The notes under the pieces are model-generated. The model made no database searches and had not been told where the DNA came from. It saw only the letters and a list, made by a program, of their open reading frames with translations. Shown here piece by piece: positions 1-7,620 of a stretch of 30,555 nucleotides of DNA. The position numbers and the translations under genes were made by a program. Source of the stretch: an uncultured Gammaproteobacteria bacterium (GTDB lineage: Bacteria; Patescibacteriota; Microgenomatia; Daviesbacterales; UBA10151); contig CAYIDT010000001.1 in assembly GCA_964362265.1 (NCBI GenBank), forward strand, positions 1 to 30,555, written 5' to 3'. Position 1 is the first letter of the stretch. Every line of letters begins with the position of its first letter.

Positions 1-7
1 GGGAATT

Positions 8-1705
8 TTATTCTGTCGGGGCTATTTTATAGTAGGTAAAAAGCTGTTTGGCTATTTCAAAAAAAGTTGGAGCCGCGGTTTCCGAACCAAAAATAGAGGA
101 TGTTGGTTGGTTATACAAAACTAGCATAACAAATTTTGGGTTATCAGCCGGTGCAAACCCCACAAAGCTTGCAATAGTTTTATTGGAATCATAATGTCCG
201 GCAATTGGAATTTGAGCGGTTCCGGTTTTTCCGGCAATCTTAAACCCTTTTGGCTTAGCCCACTTTGCCTCACCGCTGTCAACAGCCTTAACCAGCATTT
301 CTGTTATATCTTTAGCCGCCTCTTTTGATACGACTTCCCGAATAAACTTTGGTTTTACCTCAAATTTTTTGCCGTCTGATATTATTTCTTTTACTAAGTG
401 TGGCTCCATTAGATTTCCTTCATTTGCTAAACTAGAAACTGCTACAACCATTTGAATAGGGGTTAGGGCTATACCCTGGCCAAAAGATGCCGTAGCCAAA
501 TCTATTTCTCTCCATTGACTCTTAGGCCTTAAATCAGGCGCAGATTCATCTTGTAAATCTACATTGGTTAATTTACCGATCCCAAAATTCTCAAGGTAAC
601 TATAAAGTTTATCCAAACCTAGTTTTTTACCAACAAAAACCATACCCGTATTATCTGAATGGATTACCACATCAGTCATAGAGCTCTCTGAATAATACTT
701 ATTGTTCCAGGTTCTAATAGTAAACCCCCCAAGGGAAATTGGTCCAGAACATACCTCGCATTTTGTATCAGGCTTTACAGCATTCTCATTTAAAGCCGCA
801 GCCATAACCAAAACTTTAAAAGTTGATCCTGGTTCATATGAATTTGCAACTATAGGATTTTTATAAAAATCTTTTGGAAACTCACTAAAATTCTCCGGAT
901 CATAATTTGGGAAAGACGCCATTGCTAAAACTGACCCGGTCTTTGGTTCCATTACAATAGCTTCTGCTCCAGCAGCCCCATATTTTTCAATACCACGCCT
1001 TAGTGCTTGTTCAACTATAAATTGAATTGATTCGTCAATATTTAAAACAATATCTTTACCATTTCTAGGCGTTGTTCCCAAAAGTCTACCAATAACAATT
1101 GGAAGTCCTAGTGCATCGATTTCCTGTCTTATCCTTCCGACAATTCCCTTTAGCTCACCATTATAAAATCCCTCAATCCCAAAATAACCAATATCCTCAC
1201 CCTTTGCATCCTGCCCAACAAAACCGAGTAGATGAGCAGAAGAGGAACCCTCGGGATAAAAACGATTGCTTAAGCTGTCAAAACCCAATCCTTTAATATT
1301 TAACCTATCAATTTTTCGTCTTTTTTCAATATCGATTCCTCGCTGAAGTGGAACCCAATATAAATCGGCCTTCAGACTTTCCAGTAATTTTTTTTTAATT
1401 TCCAGCTCTTCTACAGAGTTAGTAGAAAGTATCCTTGCTAATATGGTTGCAATATTACTGTGATCTTGCGTCTTTATAACTTTGGGAAGAGCATATAATA
1501 AGAAAGCCGGTTTCGAACTTGCTAGAATCGAACCATCTCTAAATAAAATTTTTCCTCTTTCTCCTTGAAGAGTTAAGCTCTGAAAATGTTGGTTTTCAGC
1601 TTTAGCTTGCAGTTTTTCTGATGCAATAACTTGCCAATAAAAAAGGCGAAAAGAAATAATTACAAGAAATAAAATTAAAATATTTCTTAAAAAAGAGATG
1701 CGCAT
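8..1705 (-). CDS. ftsI: Class B penicillin-binding protein (FtsI/PBP3-like transpeptidase), 565 aa
   Basis: N-terminal TM anchor and PBP dimerisation domain. Transpeptidase motifs SxxK (EPGSTFK), SxN (SDN) and KTG (GKTGTAQ) are all present. Canonical position after mraZ-rsmH-ftsL. No PASTA domains. Confidence 0.9.
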   Translation of the reverse strand: MRISFLRNILILFLVIISFRLFYWQVIASEKLQAKAENQHFQSLTLQGERGKILFRDGSILASSKPAFLLYALPKVIKTQDHSNIATILARILSTNSVEELEIKKKLLESLKADLYWVPLQRGIDIEKRRKIDRLNIKGLGFDSLSNRFYPEGSSSAHLLGFVGQDAKGEDIGYFGIEGFYNGELKGIVGRIRQEIDALGLPIVIGRLLGTTPRNGKDIVLNIDESIQFIVEQALRRGIEKYGAAGAEAIVMEPKTGSVLAMASFPNYDPENFSEFPKDFYKNPIVANSYEPGSTFKVLVMAAALNENAVKPDTKCEVCSGPISLGGFTIRTWNNKYYSESSMTDVVIHSDNTGMVFVGKKLGLDKLYSYLENFGIGKLTNVDLQDESAPDLRPKSQWREIDLATASFGQGIALTPIQMVVAVSSLANEGNLMEPHLVKEIISDGKKFEVKPKFIREVVSKEAAKDITEMLVKAVDSGEAKWAKPKGFKIAGKTGTAQIPIAGHYDSNKTIASFVGFAPADNPKFVMLVLYNQPTSSIFGSETAAPTFFEIAKQLFTYYKIAPTE

Positions 1706-1971
1706 TATTTAATATATTGTATATTTTTAGGTACATCTAATCCAAGTGATGCTGCTTCTGTAGCTATATGATTAATAGAGCTAAATTTGGAGATTTCATT
1801 TTCAAGCAATTGATTTTCTGATTTTAATATTTTTTGCAAATTATCAATTTCTTTTAACTTTTCCCCCGAGGTTGTAGTAATGTGAGCTACCCAAATTTGA
1901 ATAAGTAGTAGAGAAACTGCAACAACAATACATATTACGGCGGTTCTCCTTGAATATAGAGAGCTCAACAT
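1705..1971 (-). CDS. ftsL: FtsL-like bitopic cell division protein, 88 aa
   Basis: Short cytoplasmic N-terminus, one TM (AVICIVVAVSLLLIQIWVAHI), then a coiled coil (LKEIDNLQKILKSENQLLENEISK). Sits between rsmH and ftsI with a TAATG overlap into ftsI. The name rests on synteny and architecture. Confidence 0.7.
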   Translation of the reverse strand: MLSSLYSRRTAVICIVVAVSLLLIQIWVAHITTTSGEKLKEIDNLQKILKSENQLLENEISKFSSINHIATEAASLGLDVPKNIQYIK

Positions 1972-2831
1972 ACAAATACCCTCATTTTTGCTGACCTTGA
2001 TCTGGGATTATTTTTAATTTCATCATTTGATGGTGTTATTGGTTTTTTAGTGTAAACTACCCCAAAATTCAGAGCTTCCCACTCTTTAAACCTGACTTTA
2101 ACAATTCTATCTTCAAGGGAGTGAAAACTGATTACAATTATTTTACCATTTTCTTCCAAAACCTCCAGGGCTTCCGGTAAGGCGCCGTGCAAGGCATTCT
2201 GCTCATCATTCACAGCAATTCGAAGGGCCTGGAAGATTTTTGTTGCCGGATGAATTTTTCCTCTCCTTCTCGCGCTCCTTTCTATGATACCGGCAAGTTG
2301 TGTTGTTGTTTGAATCGGATTTACCTCACGGGAGCTGACCAAAGCATCCACAATCCTGAAAGCATTTTTTTCTTCACCCAATTTAGTAAATAGTTCATAA
2401 AGTTCTCCTTTATTAAGACCATTAATCAAGTCCAAAGCCTTAACCTCCAAGGTAGGATCCATTCGCATATCTAATGGTCCATCTTTTAAAAACGAAAAAC
2501 CTCTTTTTGGATCCTCTAGCTGCAAACTGGAAACCCCTAAATCAAATAAAACTCCTGCAAATTTTTTATCTCCAACCAGATCTTTAAGATTTCTAAAGTT
2601 ACCACTTAATAACTTAAATCTATCTAACTGCGCTATTTTTCCTAATCTTACTCCAGCCCTTTTTATAGCTTCTGGGTCTACGTCAATACCAACTATATTC
2701 CCACCTTTTTCCAAAATGCCCAAGCTATGACCCCCATCACCTAAAGTGGCATCCAAATACCAAGCATTTACCCGAATATCTAAACGATCCAAAACTTCCC
2801 TCAGAAGAACGGGTTTATGGAAATCTTCCAT
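1965..2831 (-). CDS. rsmH: 16S rRNA m4C1402 methyltransferase RsmH (MraW), 288 aa
   Basis: Motifs HKPVLLREV, DATLGDGGHS, FDLGVSS, PLDMRMD, HPATKIFQALRIAVN, ISFHSLEDRIVK, NPRSRSAKMR. The ORF-track start at 2843 is TTG; the ATG at 2831 (MEDFHKPV) has an upstream GGGAGGT. Confidence 0.97.
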   Translation of the reverse strand: MEDFHKPVLLREVLDRLDIRVNAWYLDATLGDGGHSLGILEKGGNIVGIDVDPEAIKRAGVRLGKIAQLDRFKLLSGNFRNLKDLVGDKKFAGVLFDLGVSSLQLEDPKRGFSFLKDGPLDMRMDPTLEVKALDLINGLNKGELYELFTKLGEEKNAFRIVDALVSSREVNPIQTTTQLAGIIERSARRRGKIHPATKIFQALRIAVNDEQNALHGALPEALEVLEENGKIIVISFHSLEDRIVKVRFKEWEALNFGVVYTKKPITPSNDEIKNNPRSRSAKMRVFVC

Positions 2832-3225
2832 ATAATTTCTCAACCTCCCTCAAATGCTTTTGCCAATTTTCCTTATCCCAAATCTCAAAACGATCTCCCG
2901 CGCCAATAATGACCACTTCCCGTTTTAGTTTAGCATATGTCAGCAGGGCGGACGGTATTACAAACCGACCTTGATTATCCAACTCCGCTGGCATCGCACT
3001 GGCAAAAACGAATCTTCTTAAAAATCTAGCCCGTTCTTCTGTCGCTGATACCTCTAAAGTCTTTTTTGCCTCTTTTTCAAAGTCCTTTTTATCAAAACCC
3101 CAAATGCAATTTTCAAACCCTCTGCTTAAAATCACAGAATTTCCGAAAATCTCTTTTCTTAAATTATTGGGTAGGATTACCCGACCAATTCCAGTAAATT
3201 TCGTTTGATAAGTGCCCAAAAACAT
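2815..3225 (-). CDS. mraZ: Transcriptional regulator MraZ, 136 aa
   Basis: MFLGTY N-terminus, two SpoVT/AbrB repeats (second: LDNQGRFVIP), C-terminal IGAGDRFEIWD. The ORF-track start at 3273 is TTG; the ATG at 3225 matches the family N-terminus. Confidence 0.95.
   Translation of the reverse strand: MFLGTYQTKFTGIGRVILPNNLRKEIFGNSVILSRGFENCIWGFDKKDFEKEAKKTLEVSATEERARFLRRFVFASAMPAELDNQGRFVIPSALLTYAKLKREVVIIGAGDRFEIWDKENWQKHLREVEKLYGRFP
2843..2849 (-). promoter_or_regulatory. Shine-Dalgarno-like site for rsmH, inside the mraZ 3' end
   Basis: GGGAGGT, 11 nt before the ATG at 2831. Confidence 0.5.
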
Positions 3226-3269
3226 ATGTTTCCTGGGCAGTATATTAGGATGTACCGTATGGTACGTCC

Positions 3270-3302
3270 CCAAAATTCACCATCTATAACCATTTTGAAC
3301 CA
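3270..3302 (-). promoter_or_regulatory. MraZ-box-like operator: four TGG motifs at exact 10-bp period
   Basis: Minus strand reads AATAA-TGG-TTCAAAA-TGG-TTATAGA-TGG-TGAATTT-TGG-GG (CCA on + at 3270, 3280, 3290, 3300), directly upstream of mraZ. MraZ is known to bind 10-bp-periodic TGG(G)-type repeats in its own promoter. Confidence 0.75.
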
Positions 3303-3321
3303 TTATTTTCTATCCTGTCAA
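3292..3321 (-). promoter_or_regulatory. Putative sigma70 promoter of the dcw cluster
   Basis: Perfect -35 TTGACA (3321..3316). The best -10 is only CAAAAT at an 18-nt spacer, overlapping the TGG repeats. Confidence 0.5.
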
Positions 3322-3357
3322 GTACCAAAATGGGAACATAAACTATTTGTAAATAAA

Positions 3358-4281
3358 TCAAGGAGAAGAGACTAATACTGCAAAGATTCCACCACTGTTT
3401 GCTTTCCCAGATAAATTTGATCCTTCTATTTTTGTTTCCAACTCTTCCCAGCTATTTTTATTTTCCACATATCTTGCAATTTTTGCTCCATTGCTTGGAT
3501 TTTCAGCAAGTTCCAAGGTTATATCCCCTGTGGGCAGATCACGAAGAAGCGGGGTATTTAAAGTATAAACCTTCCCTGAAACTACCTTTCCTTCCGGTAG
3601 CTTTGGTACTCCTGTTAAATCATTTATAATAGAAAATCCAATTTGGGCTAAATCCTCTCTTTTGGCACTCATTCGATAAGAAAAATGATTATCACCAGAG
3701 CTTAATTCACCTAGAACCACATCCGGTCTTTGCAGATGCCACTGGGTTACCATTTTATATAGCTTATCCCCTTTTCTAATTTTTAAAGTTAACGTTCCAT
3801 TTTCAACCCCTTTATCATATTTACAAACATTTTTAGAGCAAGTTCCAAATAAAATTTCCTGTTCGTATTCACCTTTTTTCTGCTTTGTATCAATGATTCC
3901 AACAACACCTCTATCGATTGATCCAGTGGATACAGAACCTCCCTCATCGCTAATTTTTTTGGATAGAGTAGGTTTAACCCCACCTTCAGTAACCTCATCA
4001 ACTCTACTTGTATAGGCAAGTTCGTAGGTTATCTCATCAAAGATAGATGTCCTTTTTAAATTTAATAAAAGTGCATTTCCGTCTCTTCTGGGGGAAAGTA
4101 TTGCGTAAGGGCCATTTGTATCAAAAGTTAAATCAATTTCTTCCAAAGTCTCGTTTTTCGATGCAAAAAATTTATAGTATCCTAAAAAAATACCCACAAT
4201 TATAATAACTATAAATAAAATAAGTCCAATTGTTAGTTTATTTTGTAAAAGAGTATTAGAATTTAAAAAATTTTTTATCAT
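3358..4281 (-). CDS. Membrane-anchored hypothetical protein, 307 aa
   Basis: Long ORF abutting the purF stop (TAA-ATG, 0 nt gap). One N-terminal TM (IGLILFIVIIIVGIFLGYY) followed by a beta-rich soluble region with a CxxxxC pair. No recognisable catalytic motif. Confidence 0.85.
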   Translation of the reverse strand: MIKNFLNSNTLLQNKLTIGLILFIVIIIVGIFLGYYKFFASKNETLEEIDLTFDTNGPYAILSPRRDGNALLLNLKRTSIFDEITYELAYTSRVDEVTEGGVKPTLSKKISDEGGSVSTGSIDRGVVGIIDTKQKKGEYEQEILFGTCSKNVCKYDKGVENGTLTLKIRKGDKLYKMVTQWHLQRPDVVLGELSSGDNHFSYRMSAKREDLAQIGFSIINDLTGVPKLPEGKVVSGKVYTLNTPLLRDLPTGDITLELAENPSNGAKIARYVENKNSWEELETKIEGSNLSGKANSGGIFAVLVSSP

Positions 4282-5688
4282 TTAAACAGGCAATAAAAGT
4301 TTTATTTCGCTTGCCCTTTCTTTAATATCAATCGGATAAACTCCTGTAAAACAGGAGGTGTCAAAATTTTCTTCGGGAATTTCTGTTGCCGAAATTAGTG
4401 ATTTGTATGAAAGAAATCTTAAGGTATCTGCACCGACAAATTGTCTGATTTCGTCCACACTTAATCTTGAAGCAATTAATTCTTTTTGTCTTGGTGTATC
4501 AATACCGTAAAAATTAGGATATCTATCAGGAGGTGAACCAATTCTTATATGTACCTCACTGGCGCCCGCTTTTCTTAAACTGGCTGTAAGTCTCTCCTGA
4601 GTTGTACCTCTCACGATTGAATCGTCAACTACGACAACTCTTTTTCCGTTCAAAACTTCCGGTATAGTATTATATTTTAAATCTGCATCCTGATTTCTCA
4701 TTCCCTCAGGCTGAATAAAAGTCCTATGAATATATCTATTTTTTATTAAACCTTCTGTAAACTCAATTCCTGAAGCTTTGGCATACCCCAAAGCCATTGG
4801 TATCCCTGAATCGGGTACCCCAATAACTATATCGGCATCAGCCGGCACTTCCATTGCCAATAACATACCAAGCTTTTGTCTAACTTCAAAAACTCTTCTG
4901 TTCATTATTTTACTATCAGGTCTTGCAAAATAAACAAATTCAAAAATATCAAGCTTTGGGTTGGGTAACTGTAACTGTTGAGACACTAAACCATTCTCAG
5001 TTACAACCACCATCTCACCCGGGGTAACATCTCTTAAAAAAGACGCGCCAATTGTATCAAAAGCACATGTTTCAGAGGCAAATACAAAACCTCCGTTTAA
5101 CTTACCAATTGAAAGGGGGCGAATTCCACATTGATCACGCAAGGCGACTAATTTATCTTTAGTCATCATTAGTAGCGAATAGGCTCCGGTAAATAAGGGT
5201 TGAGCCTCAATCACCGCTTCTTCTATAGCCGCACCTTTTTTTAGATAATACCTTACTGCCTCAGTCATCATACCGGAATCATTAAGATGAGAAAAGGGTG
5301 CATTTATTTTTGATAAAAACTCTTCCAACCGAGTAGTCGAGGGTAAATTACCATTATGAGCTAAGGCTACTAAATTATCTTCATGTAAAACTGGTTGACA
5401 GTATTCTGGTCTGGATTCTCTTGAGGTGGAATAGCGTACATGTCCTATGGAAATAAACCCACCACGTTGATCTAAATAATCTATATCCTTTTCATTAAAC
5501 GCCTGCGTAACCAAACCCATCCCCTTATGCTGAAAGAATTCTTCTCCATTGGATGTTACAATACCAGCGCTTTCCTGGCCACGATGTTGAAGTGCAAATA
5601 GACCAAAAAAAGTGTTCCGTGCAACCTCCTCTCCAGGACAATAAACACCAAAAACTCCACATTTTTCTTTTATATTTTCGGTAGCCAT
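4282..5688 (-). CDS. purF: Amidophosphoribosyltransferase (glutamine PRPP amidotransferase), 468 aa
   Basis: Ntn-hydrolase start KEK-CGVFG (Cys10), LQHRGQESAGI, GHVRYST, LAHNGNL, FEFVYFARPDS, KNRYIHRTFI, PRPP-binding VVVVDDSIVRGTT. Confidence 0.96.
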   Translation of the reverse strand: MATENIKEKCGVFGVYCPGEEVARNTFFGLFALQHRGQESAGIVTSNGEEFFQHKGMGLVTQAFNEKDIDYLDQRGGFISIGHVRYSTSRESRPEYCQPVLHEDNLVALAHNGNLPSTTRLEEFLSKINAPFSHLNDSGMMTEAVRYYLKKGAAIEEAVIEAQPLFTGAYSLLMMTKDKLVALRDQCGIRPLSIGKLNGGFVFASETCAFDTIGASFLRDVTPGEMVVVTENGLVSQQLQLPNPKLDIFEFVYFARPDSKIMNRRVFEVRQKLGMLLAMEVPADADIVIGVPDSGIPMALGYAKASGIEFTEGLIKNRYIHRTFIQPEGMRNQDADLKYNTIPEVLNGKRVVVVDDSIVRGTTQERLTASLRKAGASEVHIRIGSPPDRYPNFYGIDTPRQKELIASRLSVDEIRQFVGADTLRFLSYKSLISATEIPEENFDTSCFTGVYPIDIKERASEIKLLLPV

Positions 5689-6999
5689 TTAAATATTAAT
5701 TTTGGAACTAATATAGGAAGATAGGTCTACTATTTTTATTCTTTCCTGTTTACCTGTATCCCTAAAACGCACAGTGACGGTTGAATCTTCCAAACTTTGA
5801 AAGTCTACCGTCACGCAAAAGGGGGTACCTATCTCATCTTGGGCTGCATACCGACCTCCAATATTACCCCTCTCATCCCAAGCTATCATGAAATCCTTTT
5901 GTAAGTCAAGATAGATTTTTTTGGCTAATTTCACCAAATCCGGCTTATTACCGAGAAGTGGGAAAATAGCTACTTTTATTGGAGCAATTTTAGGATGAAG
6001 ACTTAAAATTACCTTTCCGTCTTTTTCAGAATATGCATCAACCATGAAAAATAAGGCGGCACGATCCACACCACCTGAGGTTTCAATAACCCATGGCAAG
6101 AACTCCTGCCCCGTTTCCGGATCACGGTATTTCATGCTTTGTCCGCTATACTCCCCATGGCGCGACAAGTCCCAGTCACCGCGATGGTGAATACCTTCAA
6201 ATTCACTCCAACCGAAGGGTGAGTGATATTCAATATCTGTAGCAGCCCTTGCATAATGGGCCCTTTCATCATTTCTGTGATCTCTAAATCTCAGGTTTTT
6301 CCGAGATATACCAAGGCTAATGTACCAGTCCATCCTAGCAGCCTTCCAGTATTCAAACCATTTTTTACCCTCAGCCTCCATTGGTTTAATAAAATACTGA
6401 ACCTCCATTTGTTCAAATTCCCTAGATCTAAAAATAAAATTTCCAGGGGTAATCTCATTTCTAAAAGCTTTACCTATTTGGGCTATACCAAAAGGGATTT
6501 TGACTCTGGTTGAATCCAAAACATTTTTAAAATTAACATGAACTCCCTGTGTAATTTCTCCACGTAAATATATTTCGTTTTGCTTACCCTCCAAAACTCC
6601 AAGATAAGCTTTAACTAAAAGATTAAACTTTTCAGGAGTTGTCCAATCGAACTTACCATTGTGGGTCCTCTCATGAGCTTTAATTTCCTCCTCTTTGTCA
6701 GCTCGCAACCTTTCGTGACAAATCTTACATTCAACTAAAGGATCAGTAAAAGCTTGCAAATGGCCTGATGCTTCCCATACTTTTGGGTTCATCATTATAG
6801 CGCCGTCTATACCCACTATATCCTCACGAAGTTGCACCATATCTTTCCACCACTCCTGCTTTATATTCCTTTTTAGTTCAACTCCCAAAGGGCCGTAGTC
6901 CCAGGTTCCAGCCAATCCTCCATAGATTTCGCTCCCAGGGTAGATAAATCCCCGGCGTTTACAAAGTGCCACCATTTTTTGCATTAGATCATCTCTCAT
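5689..6999 (-). CDS. glyQS: Glycine--tRNA ligase, homodimeric (alpha2) class IIa type, 436 aa
   Basis: LCKRRGFIYPGSEIYGG, WDYGPLGVELKRNIK, motif 2 FRNEITPGNFIFRSREFEQME, motif 3 VIETSGGVDR, anticodon domain YAAQDEIGTPFCVTVD. Confidence 0.96.
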   Translation of the reverse strand: MRDDLMQKMVALCKRRGFIYPGSEIYGGLAGTWDYGPLGVELKRNIKQEWWKDMVQLREDIVGIDGAIMMNPKVWEASGHLQAFTDPLVECKICHERLRADKEEEIKAHERTHNGKFDWTTPEKFNLLVKAYLGVLEGKQNEIYLRGEITQGVHVNFKNVLDSTRVKIPFGIAQIGKAFRNEITPGNFIFRSREFEQMEVQYFIKPMEAEGKKWFEYWKAARMDWYISLGISRKNLRFRDHRNDERAHYARAATDIEYHSPFGWSEFEGIHHRGDWDLSRHGEYSGQSMKYRDPETGQEFLPWVIETSGGVDRAALFFMVDAYSEKDGKVILSLHPKIAPIKVAIFPLLGNKPDLVKLAKKIYLDLQKDFMIAWDERGNIGGRYAAQDEIGTPFCVTVDFQSLEDSTVTVRFRDTGKQERIKIVDLSSYISSKINI

Positions 7000-7610
7000 A
7001 TCTTTTTTAGAAACCTTCTTGATTTTAAAGGCTTTTCTATAACCTTTTCTACATAATAACGCAATACACGCTCTGTTTCCAGAGCCTCTTTTTCGTTTAT
7101 TTTAATTTTCTCAATTTCATCCCAAGAATAACTTTGAAGTTTTCTTAATAAATCTTCTGTATCCAGAAAACTGATAAATCCCAAATTAGATAAAAGTTTT
7201 GCCTCAAATGCACGGATTAGAATTTGGCGAGGATTTTTTGATAATCTTTTTAACACTTCTACCAAATATTCATATACAATCGTGTTTTCCTGCTCCTCGG
7301 CTGTTAATCTTTCTACAAGTTCTAAAATATGAAAAGCATAAGTGGAAAGTGTAAGCTCTGCTTTTAATTTTGGATAAGTATCTAGAGCCTCTGCCTCATT
7401 TAAATAATAAAACTGTTTTCCCTGATAAAGATAAAGAATAACCCTATTGAGAAGCTCAACATTGCCTGCGCGACGGGAAGTAATTCTGCGCACTCCTTTG
7501 GCCAATACTGAAATTTTACCCCGCTGGAGACTAAATACAGTTAGAATTCTATCCGCTTCTCCAAAATCCCTTCTTTTTAAAATAATCCCCTCAACTTTAA
7601 ACGATGGCAT
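6996..7610 (-). CDS. recO: DNA repair protein RecO, shortened (204 aa)
   Basis: N-terminal OB fold GIILKRRDFGEADRILTVFS..GKISVLAKGVRR and C-terminal LKSRRFL. The ORF-track start at 7631 is TTG; the ATG at 7610 is preferred. Confidence 0.93.
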   Translation of the reverse strand: MPSFKVEGIILKRRDFGEADRILTVFSLQRGKISVLAKGVRRITSRRAGNVELLNRVILYLYQGKQFYYLNEAEALDTYPKLKAELTLSTYAFHILELVERLTAEEQENTIVYEYLVEVLKRLSKNPRQILIRAFEAKLLSNLGFISFLDTEDLLRKLQSYSWDEIEKIKINEKEALETERVLRYYVEKVIEKPLKSRRFLKKI

Positions 7611-7620
7611 GAGGAAGTTA

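Noticed and set aside
3322-3357. Intrinsic terminator after the 307-aa ORF
   Set aside because: No GC-rich stem followed by a U tract is visible on the minus strand.
6061-6180. GC-rich patch in glyQS (33/60 and 32/60 G+C by hand count) against very low GC in the YfhO-like gene (9/60 at 29581-29640), as a sign of horizontal transfer
   Set aside because: It is explained by amino-acid composition (Gly/Pro/Arg/Trp-rich catalytic motifs versus Phe/Ile/Leu/Lys-rich membrane segments). No integrase, IS or flanking repeats were seen.
6996-7020. T-box riboswitch upstream of glyQS
   Set aside because: glyQS overlaps recO by ATGA, so there is no leader to hold one.
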